Origin: Cladosporium halotolerans
Taxonomy: Eukaryota
Reading direction: 5' to 3'
Assembly (NCBI RefSeq): GCF_011745625.1
Contig: NW_027191469.1
Span: forward strand, 310,001-374,000
Length of the DNA: 64,000 nt
Below the pieces are notes generated by a model, which saw only the letters and a list, made by a program, of their open reading frames with translations, was not told the DNA's origin and searched no databases. This document shows, piece after piece, positions 46,704-55,636 of the stretch (within the stretch, counting starts at the first letter, position 1; every line of letters begins with the position of its first letter). The position numbers and the translations under genes were made by a program.

Positions 46704-48803
46704 TCAAATCGGTGTGTCAGTCCCGTTGACGCCTTCCGGACCAGCACTTGGTTCCGCTGAATCATCGTCCTGTATCTCGATAGGGTCTTCGTGCGTGTTG
46801 TTTGTCTGGGTGCCAGATGAGCGCGCGACATTAGCAGGAGCCGCAGCGCCGGGTGTAGCAGGAGGGGCGCCGTTGCCAGATGGCATGCGCGCCGCGCCAA
46901 CCTCATCAGACTCTCCCATGCCATTGACTTCTGGCCAGAGACCCTTCCATAGCCAGAGGGCTTGTGCGAAAGTCGCCTCGCAGCGCTGCAGTTCCTGGCG
47001 ACCGTTTCCTTGTGTCATGCCGTTAGCTACCTCGTCGACGATCGACCTGCAAGCGTCGACGAATTTGCTGAAGGCCGGTGACGTCCAATTAGGGATCAAA
47101 GCCTGATGAAGGGCGTTGATGTGAGCTTCATTGCTGGTTGAGTCCGGGCCGAAAGGGTTACCATTATTGTTGGACTGTCCAGTCATGAACGAAGGGAGCG
47201 AGTAGTTTGACCCAGAGGTATTGTTGGAGGTGAAGGTGCTGGCGTAGTGCCACGACTTTCGATAGCACTAGGATCATATGTTAGAATAAGGACACCATGA
47301 GAACTTGGTCATAGACATACATGTTCAGTAGCCCAAAGCAAAACCAGGCCTTCCAGCAAAGATGCGCCAGAGCTTGAGGTGCTGGCAAACAGATCGATGA
47401 AACCTTTCGTTGCGGGCTTCATGTCTTCTGAATCGATCTGCAAACCATACTTGCTGGCGGTGTTGTCGAAGAAATTCATTTCACGGCGAACGTTGTTCAG
47501 CGTGCTGATTAGGAGGTCCATGGTACGGAATATTGTGTTATCCATCGTGATTGCGGTATCCGGGAGCCGCATCTTGCCGAGTAGACGTCCGATGAAAGTC
47601 ACAAAGGCACGTGAGATGTGGGCGTCCTGTGACAGCCATTGGCATAGCGCGTGTGCGGACAGAGTACCACAGCCTGCGTGAGAGAGGAAAGGAAGTTGAG
47701 TGGCCGAATCGAGAGATCCCGAATCGCGGCTCAAGAGATGATTGACAAGAGACGGCGTTGGTCCGGGTGGAGGCGGTGGCGCCATGGGTTGGCGATTAGG
47801 CGTCACAGGCACACCCGGATAGGAGTAGCCTTTGGCAGCAAGGGGAGGAGTGGGATTCGCATGAGGTCGCGGAGCGGCGCTCAGATGCGGATTCGCGACG
47901 TTGCCGCGTAGAATGCTGCCACTCTTTCTCTGAGGCGGCATCTTTTCTGGTTCGGGGCTTTTCTCCCCGGCTACTGTCCGCCTTTCCTTCTCTGCAAGGT
48001 AGGTCGGACACCTGAGCAGATGCTCAATTTGACGAGTAGTGTTTTTTGCTCGCTTGAAGCCGCAATGCCTGCAGCGACTGCGTGTGCACTACATGACAGC
48101 ATTAGTGCTGTCGCGAGAAGTGATGACTATCTGCAAATGAAGGATCAAGGTACCCTTCGCTCGTCGTCGAACGAGTCCTCAAACTCCTATCAATGGCCGT
48201 CAGTTTCGTCATCATGCTAGTTCTTCGGCCGGTGCATCAATCTACCCTTTGGAGATCTGCATGAGGTTAGATTTAATTACATAGAGCGCCAAGCCAAAGC
48301 GCCGGAGAGGAAGTACCTGGTCTTTTCTGCTGTAGTACCGAGCAGCTAGTCTCTGCACCTGCTGCGGCAGGTGGACTGGCTTGGTCGCTATTTTGTTGCC
48401 GTTGGCTGAGAAAGGAAAGTCAGCATGCACGCGGTACTCGGCGTTGTAGTGAAAAGCAGACGCGAACGCTCTGGCGCGAAGCCAGACGTGGGTTTTGAGC
48501 CGAAAGAGGAAAGGGCTGATTTCACGCTTACTCTTCGCTGGTCGTCCCGTGAAAGGAAGGGCGTGGGACTCTCTGGTTGTATGGGTTCACTGGGCCCATT
48601 TCTTGCCCATTGCCTGCTTCTCTCCATTCGAGGTACGCCGGGCATGTCGTGAGATGGGTCTTCTTACGGCCTAGGCTGACGGTACTGACGGTCCAGGTCT
48701 TGCAGTGCAAGCAACGAATCGTCGGAATCTCTGGGTCGCCGCTCTGGTGAGTGTCAAGTGTCTCAAACTGGCTGTGAGTGTAGACGTCCCCTGTACGAGG
48801 CAT
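46704..48803 (-). CDS. Tandem BED-type zinc finger + TenA/heme-oxygenase-like fusion protein (578 aa); exons 48803-48532, 48405-48317, 48256-48246, 48186-48154, 48088-47321, 47267-46704
   Basis: All five introns are GT..CTRAY..YAG and phases match (1737 nt). Finger 1: IRCLHC..KKTHLTTC. Finger 2: SRCRHC..AKNTTRQIEHLLRC. TenA-like motifs ATQLPFLSHAGCGTL, WLSQD, RREMNFF, LWATEHCY and IPNWTSPAF. Confidence 0.8.
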
Positions 48804-49520
48804 TGTTGCTTGGACAGGTAGCCAGTACAGCGCACAACGTTTGGACACGCTCTGGCCGATATCAATTGGTCGTAAGACGGCCGTGAACGACTGAAAAACA
48901 GCTTGTAACGGCGATAATTGGCGGCTCTAATACCACCTAAACCAGATGGGGATCAAGACGGAGCCTGCCGCCTTTGCCAAGTCGCTCTCAGAAAGAATGA
49001 GAATGCCTCCGTTGCCGTAAGACAAGGCACATGGACAATTTCTGTCCAAATGACGAATCCACAGCCTTCTGCAGCCGTCGATTGCAGCAACGAGCAACCG
49101 TCTGCGTTGATCTAAGTTTTCGTTGGCACCGAACAGAGGAAATGCGTTGCGAAGAACCTGAAGAACGACATGCGGTGCCCCACCAAGCCGCTACAGGAAG
49201 CCAGCCCACCGGGGTCTGTCGTTAGCCCGAACCATGGACAAGCCAATTCTTGGGACGGCTCGCTCTTATCTTTTCCTTTGAGCCATCTTTTTCCTTTAGG
49301 AGCTTTCTGTCATCGCTACCGCAGCTGTTCTTTCTGCTAAGTTGACTCTCGAGGTCTCTCGTTCATCAGGCAGGTTCTCACTATCCTCAGGAATTGACTT
49401 CGACGTTTGCGACGCTTCTCGCCGATGTCGCTCTCAATGTTTGGTAGCACTAACCATCTTCACAGGCGCATCCACTGTCTGAAACAGCTTTCGAACGACT
49501 GTACGCCACGCCCTACCACA

Positions 49521-49813
49521 ATGCATTCTAGTAGCAAAGCCGCATCTGGAGTCCAAGATCAAGGTATCGCCCGTAAACAGCATGAGCCGGTGCTCGACGC
49601 TTAGCTGCGGCCCGTGACACGAGCGCATTACGCATACCGAAAGGTATGGACGCTCTGTCCGGACCGCAGCATTCGTCGGGCTGAGATCATACGGCCTTGA
49701 ACTTGCTCTGGGTAAAGCCAGCGAAAGGATCATGCTTTTGAGACAATCTGAGAGTGAGGTGTGAGAAACTGACTTCTTTAGGACACCATGGAAGAGCGCG
49801 GAACAATGGATGA
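49521..49813 (+). promoter_or_regulatory. Inhibitory uORF created when the proximal donor (49564) is spliced to the acceptor (49781)
   Basis: ATG 49521 reads MHSSSKAASGVQDQ, splices in phase 1 to G-HHGRARNNG*, and overlaps the permease ATG (49788) out of frame. Confidence 0.65.
49579..49736 (+). promoter_or_regulatory. TPP (thiamine pyrophosphate) riboswitch aptamer in a 5'-UTR intron of the NCS1 permease
   Basis: P1 AGCATGA/TCATGCT, P2 GCCG/CGGC, P3 GCTCGACG/CGTCGGGC with a long extension, CTGAGA pyrimidine-sensing junction, and P4/P5 ACTTGCTCTGGGTAAAGCCAGCGAAAGG matching the fungal pattern ACTTGATCTGGATAATACCAGCGAAAGG. Intron is GTATCG (49564) ... CTGAC ... TAG (49781). Confidence 0.93.
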
Positions 49814-51389
49814 AGCGGCCGGTGTGTCGCAACGCCAGAGAATGCAAGATGTTGAAAAGATCGGGCCAAACCTTGCGCCCCAAACGTCTGTCGCTGCGCA
49901 GACGGATTCTACGGATGCCGAAGCAACTGCTGGCCGTGGACCAATGCGATACATGAAGTCTTTCGAGAAGACCTTAATTCGCTACAATATGGAAGCGCGA
50001 GGAATCCAAAGAGTCATGCCGGAAGACCGCCACAGCCTTACTCAACTGGGCTTTGGCCAGATCGGTATCCTGTGGTTCAGTGTCAACTTGGCCGCCAACA
50101 ATATCACTCTTGGTATGCTGGGTCCCGCCGTGTACCATCTCGGCTTCACTGAGGCGAGCTTGTGCGCGGTGTTCGGTATGATTGTAGGCATCCTCCCAGT
50201 CGCGTACGTCGCTACGTTCGGACCAAGGTCTGGTAACAGGACCATGGTTTTCGCCCGCTACTCGATGGGATGGTACCCTGCGAAGATCATCGTGATCTTG
50301 AACATCATCGTTCTTCTTGGATACTCTCTCCTCGATGCTGTGATCGCCGGACAGATGATCAGCGCTGTCAGCGGCAGCGGCAACTTGAGCGTCGTCGTGG
50401 GCATCATCGTGGTCGCCGTAATCACCTGGGTCATCACGACCTTCGGCTACAGCGTCTTCCACCTGTACGAGCGATACGCCTGGGTTCCCCAAATCATCGT
50501 GGTCTCCATCCTAGCCGGCGTCGCCGGCCCCTCCTTCGACCTGACCTCCAACCCATCCGAAGGCGAAGCACCCCTCACAATCAAAGGCAACCGCCTCAGC
50601 TTCTTCAGCCTCTGCCTAGCCGCCGCCATCACGTACAGCGGCGGCGCCGCCGACCTCTTCGTCTACTACCCCGAATACGCGCCGCGCCGCAAAGTCTTCT
50701 TCGTCACCGCCCTCGGCCTCGCCGCCTCCTTCACCTACGCCTTCATAGTCGGCATCGGCCTCGGCTCCGGCATCGCGCGCAACACCGCCTGGAGCGACGC
50801 GTACACCGTCTCGCAGGGCGCGCTGATCGTCGAGGGCTTCGCGCCGCTGGGCGCCTTCGGGTCTTTCTGCGGCGTGATCGTGGCCCTCGGCCTCGTCGGC
50901 AACATCATCCTGCCCGTCTACGCGTCGGGCGTCGACTTCCAGACGCTGGGGACGAATTTCGAGAAGATCCCGCGCGTCGTGTGGAACTCCGTCGGCGTGG
51001 TGATTTTCACCGTCTGCGCGATTGCTGGGCGCGCGAACCTCGCGACGATCTTTACGAACTTCCTCGCGCTTATGGGATACTGGGTGTCGATCTGGATCGC
51101 GATTCTGCTGGAAGAGCACCTGCTTTTCCGCAAGTGGCGCGGACTGGGCTGGAATTGGGATGCGTGGGACGACGCGCGCAAGCTGCCTGTTGGTCTTGCG
51201 GCACTGGTTGCGTTCCTCGTCGGTTGGGCGGGCTCGATTCTGTGCATGGCGCAGGTTTGGTATATTGGTCCGCTGGCGGCGCTGGTGGGAGAGTATGGTG
51301 GAGACATGGGCAACTACGTTGGGTTTGCTTGGGCGGGGATTGTGTTTCCTGGTCTGAGGTGGTTGGAACTGAGGAAGTTTGGACGGTGA
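49788..51389 (+). CDS. NCS1-family purine-cytosine permease (Fcy2/Tpn1-like), probably transporting thiamine or a precursor
   Basis: EARGIQRV, LWFSVN, FGPRSGNRTMV..RYSMGW, FHLYERYAW, ADLFVYYP, NFLALMGYW, AQVWYIGP and ELRKFGR; about 12 hydrophobic helices. Substrate is inferred from the riboswitch. Confidence 0.92.
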   Translation: MEERGTMDEAAGVSQRQRMQDVEKIGPNLAPQTSVAAQTDSTDAEATAGRGPMRYMKSFEKTLIRYNMEARGIQRVMPEDRHSLTQLGFGQIGILWFSVNLAANNITLGMLGPAVYHLGFTEASLCAVFGMIVGILPVAYVATFGPRSGNRTMVFARYSMGWYPAKIIVILNIIVLLGYSLLDAVIAGQMISAVSGSGNLSVVVGIIVVAVITWVITTFGYSVFHLYERYAWVPQIIVVSILAGVAGPSFDLTSNPSEGEAPLTIKGNRLSFFSLCLAAAITYSGGAADLFVYYPEYAPRRKVFFVTALGLAASFTYAFIVGIGLGSGIARNTAWSDAYTVSQGALIVEGFAPLGAFGSFCGVIVALGLVGNIILPVYASGVDFQTLGTNFEKIPRVVWNSVGVVIFTVCAIAGRANLATIFTNFLALMGYWVSIWIAILLEEHLLFRKWRGLGWNWDAWDDARKLPVGLAALVAFLVGWAGSILCMAQVWYIGPLAALVGEYGGDMGNYVGFAWAGIVFPGLRWLELRKFGR

Positions 51390-52911
51390 TGGGTGGTGGT
51401 TGGGATAAGGAAGAATTGGGTTCTGATGCCGTTGAGCCTTCAAGCTCAATGGGTATGACCTACGTATTTTGGACATAGGTGTGAATACAAGATTGCCACT
51501 TTGAAGTATTCATTCATTTGATTTCGATCGTGTCGACGAGATCCGTAAAACCACGGGCAGCTGAGATTAATTTCCAATGGCCGGACATCGTGAAGCACAT
51601 GGAACACTCCAGCAATCGCAGCGAAGCAGGGGTTCCTGTCGACGACACGATATATTTTATGTGGGCGATATTTTCATTTCAGAGGTATTATCCGGAATGC
51701 TCGCTCCACTTCGGGTCGTTTTGCCTTGCGGCGCCGGCTACATCCAAAATTGATGCCAAAGCGTAATCAGCTTCTTATCGGCGGACTTGCGCCCGGTTGT
51801 ATTTTTCCGCCTGTCGCCGCGGATGTCGGTGGAAAAGGCAGCCCACGTGTGACCATTACATGAAGCATCGTGAAATTCTGTGACCATGCTTTTTGTCGTG
51901 GCGTTTGCCATGCCGCCGTAGAAGGTTGAGAGTCACCCTCAGTTCTAGGAGGATGTCAACTTGGCATCACAGGGTCGTTGCTCCATCTGAGCTCAAGGCG
52001 TGCAAGTTGCTTCTTTGGATTGCCGAACCTCCGGAACAAAATGTGACCAATGCCGAGAGGGATACCAGACGGTTTTCCGGCTCCAAGGTACATGTATTAT
52101 CATGATGTTTGTGAAGCTGACCGGCTTGGCTTCCGCAGCATGCCGCTTACAGTACAGGATGTTTTCATGGCTGTGTCAGCGATTAGAGAGACACCGAGCT
52201 GCAGCCGCCGCAAGTTGCCATGTCATTATGAAAGCAGCTGGCCCCGCCGGGGGGCAGCACAAGGTTGCTAGCACCCGTCCAAGGCCCTTCTTCGTAGCTG
52301 ACTGACACACGCTATCCGGCGGTTGTTTGGAACAAACACAGACCGACAGTCGTAGCATTAGATAGATAAACAGTCATACGAAAAACAAGCTTAGTTCCGT
52401 TTGCACAGTACGGCAGTTCGTAGGACCAAGCAAGACGTGGAGGGCGATTGATGTGACTTTAGCCGCCCAGACACCGACGGACGAAGCGTTGAGCGAGTCC
52501 CCTTCAACAACAGTTCCATATCCGCGATACAGGCAAAAGCCGCGGAGTGCCGGCGTCTGCGCAAACAGCCCTCCCGCCGTCTGTGCCAGCCTCGCCAGCC
52601 TGCCCGGCCTGCCGTTGCCAGGCCTCACACGCCTCGCTCGACGGACTGCCACGCGAAGGCCGAAGGCGGATCGAATCATCGCGCTGATCGCGGCGGGCCC
52701 AGCGCCAGCGTGCAGGGCCGACTAGCAACTGCGCCCGCGAGCCCCTACTCGCCCCTCGTCCAAACATTGCCCCACCATCATCGTCATTTTTCACCCACCC
52801 ACCGACGACACGCCACCTTGCCCTCCGCTCTCTTTTACTGCCCGCCCTCATCCACATCTCACACCTTCTTTCCCACGCTACACTGCAGATCCATCTGACA
52901 CTACCGCAAAG

Positions 52912-55266
52912 ATGGGCTACGACAAGACTGACCAGCTGGCTATCAACACCATCCGCACTCTTGCGGTACGTTTGTTGGGACGAGCTCAATGGAGGGGCAG
53001 CACCGCGTCACTGCACCGCAATGGCTGCGGTCAAGCTCCTCCAGCACGACAGTATCACTGACTGACATGATTTACAGGTGGATGCCACCTTCGCTGCCAA
53101 CTCTGGCCACCCCGGTGCGCCCATGGGTATGGCCCCGGTCGTGAGTCCCCCCCGCCCTCACCGCAAGCTTCCCATCAGCTCCCAGTCGCTAACCACACAT
53201 CCTGCCCGCAGTCCCACGTCCTCTTCAACAAGTTCATGAAGTTCAACCCCAAGAACCCCAAGTGGCTCAACCGTGACCGCTTCGTTCTTTCCAACGGCCA
53301 CGGCTGCGTGCTCCAGTACTCTCTGCTGCACCTCTTCGGCTACAAGCTCTCCATCGACGACCTGAAGAACTTCCGTCAGGTCGACTCCATCACCCCCGGT
53401 CACCCTGAGTCTCACGACACTGAGGGCATTGAGGTCACCACGGGCCCTCTCGGCCAGGGTTTCGCCAACGCCGTCGGTCTCGCCATGGCTGAGCGCCAGA
53501 CCGCCGCTACCTTCAACAAGCCAGGCTACGAGCTCGTCAACAACTACACTTACTGCTTCTTCGGTGATGGCTGCGCCATGGAGGGCATTGCCTCCGAGGC
53601 TGCCTCCACTGCCGGTCACCTTCAGCTCGGCAACCTGATCACCTTCTACGATGACAACCACATCTCCATTGGTAAGAAAGATTTTGGAATAGAAATAGAA
53701 GGGACACAGCTAATATTCTTTAGACGGTGACACCAAGTGCGCCTTCACTGAGGACGTCAGCAAGCGCTTCGAGGCCTACGGCTGGCACGTCGTGTGGGTC
53801 AAGGACGGTGACAACGACCTCGAGGGCATTGAGAAGGCTATCAAGGAGTGCCAGGCCGTCAAGGACAAGCCCTCCATGATCAGGCTCACCACCACCATTG
53901 GTTTCGGCTCCAAGCTCCAGGGCACCGGTGGTGTCCACGGTAACCCTCTCAAGGAGGACGACTGCAAGCAGGTCAAGGAGAAGTTCGGCTTCGACCCGTC
54001 CAAGAGCTTCGTCGTCCCCCAGGAGGTCTACGACATGTACCACAAGCACGCCGACGAGGGTGCTGCCGCTGAGCAGGAGTGGAACCAGCTCCTCGAGAAG
54101 TACTCCGCTGAGTACAAGGCTGAGGGCGCTGACCTCAAGCGTCGCCTGACTGGCAAGCTTCCCGACGGCTGGCAGGAGAAGCTCCCGACCTACAAGGTCG
54201 ACGATGCCGCCATTGCTTCCCGTAAGCTCTCCGAGACCGTCCTTGAGAAGATCTACGACGTCATCCCTGAGCTCGTCTCCGGCTCTGCCGATCTGACTGG
54301 CTCCAATAACACCCGCTGGAAGGCCGCCGTCGACTTCCAGCCCCCCAGCACCGGTATTGGTGAGTGGTCTGGCCGCTACATGCGCTACGGTGTGCGTGAG
54401 CACGCCATGGCCGCCATCATGAACGGTCTCTCCGCCTACGGTACCCTCATCCCCGCTGGTGGCACCTTCCTTAACTTCGTCTCCTACGCCGCCGGTGCTG
54501 TCCGTCTCTCCTCCCTCTCTCAGCAGCGCGTCATCTACGTCGCTACCCACGACTCCATCGGTCTGGGTGAGGACGGCCCTACCCACCAGCCGATCGAGAC
54601 CCTCGCTCACTTCCGTGCCCTGCCCAACATGATGGTCTGGCGCCCGGCCGACGGCAACGAGTGCTCCGCCGCTTACTACGTCGCCCTCACCTCCCAGCAC
54701 ACTCCCTCCATCCTCGCCCTCACCCGCCAGAACCTTCCCCAGCTCGAGGGCTCCACCATCGAGAAGGCCATCAAGGGTGGTTACGTCGCGCTCGAGGACA
54801 AGGAGGCCGACGTCACCCTCGTCTCCACCGGTTCCGAGGTCTCCATCTGTCTTGAGGCTGTCAAGACCCTCAAGGAGAAGAGCAACCTCAAGGCCCGCGT
54901 CGTCTCCATGCCCTGCACTGAGGTCTTCGACGCCCAGCCCAAGGACTACAAGCTTTCCGTCATCCCCGACGGCATCCCCGCCATGTCCGTTGAGGTCATG
55001 TCCACTCTCGGCTGGGAGAAGTACTCTCACGAGCAGTTCGGTCTCAACCGCTTCGGTGCCTCTGGCCCCTACAAGAAGGTTTACGAGGTACGTTACCCAT
55101 CGCCTTCTAATTATCCATTTATATTGTATGCTAATAATGCCTTCCACAGAAATTCGAGTTCACCCCCGAGGGCATCTCCAAGCGCGCCGCTGCCACCGTC
55201 GATTTCTGGAAGGACGTCAAGCCCCTCCGCTCCCCGGTCAACCGCGCTTTCCAGCAGCTCATCTAA
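52912..55266 (+). CDS. tkl1: Transketolase; 4 introns
   Basis: [33 protein letters not shown]-binding GDGCAMEG...YDDN, GVREHAM and [16 protein letters not shown]. Strong C-ending codon bias. Confidence 0.98.
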
Positions 55267-55636
55267 GCTCGTGGAGGCGATGTGCTAACGACCGTGCGAC
55301 GACGAGGAAACTTCCCTGTTATGAAAAAAACGAATACAAAAGAAGAAAAAGTCTTCGGACACGAAGATAATGGTCTGGAGGCCTAATTCACACATGGTAG
55401 ATAGACCGTCCGGCTATATGGGAATATGACGTTTCACTTTTTTTCTACAAACAAGCCTGTCCGTATCTCGATTGTGAGGTCTCCGCCTTGTTGAGAATGT
55501 GTCTGCTCTTGTCTTGTTTACTTGTCACCCATATTCCATGCTCATCCTACATGTGAATGATGTTTCCCTTGCCCCGAAAAAGCTGACATGCACCAGATGT
55601 TCAATCCCAACTCACTGAGCATACAAAACGCAGCGC

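Noticed and set aside
48528..48803. BED finger as a remnant of a hAT transposon
   Set aside because: No transposase catalytic domain or terminal inverted repeats seen, and it splices in frame into the TenA-like gene.
50270..51478. 402-aa Arg-rich alternate-frame ORF in the permease
   Set aside because: Frame-shifted reading of GC-rich hydrophobic codons.
53720..55147. 475-aa antisense ORF over transketolase
   Set aside because: Shadow of strong C-ending codon bias; no protein motifs.
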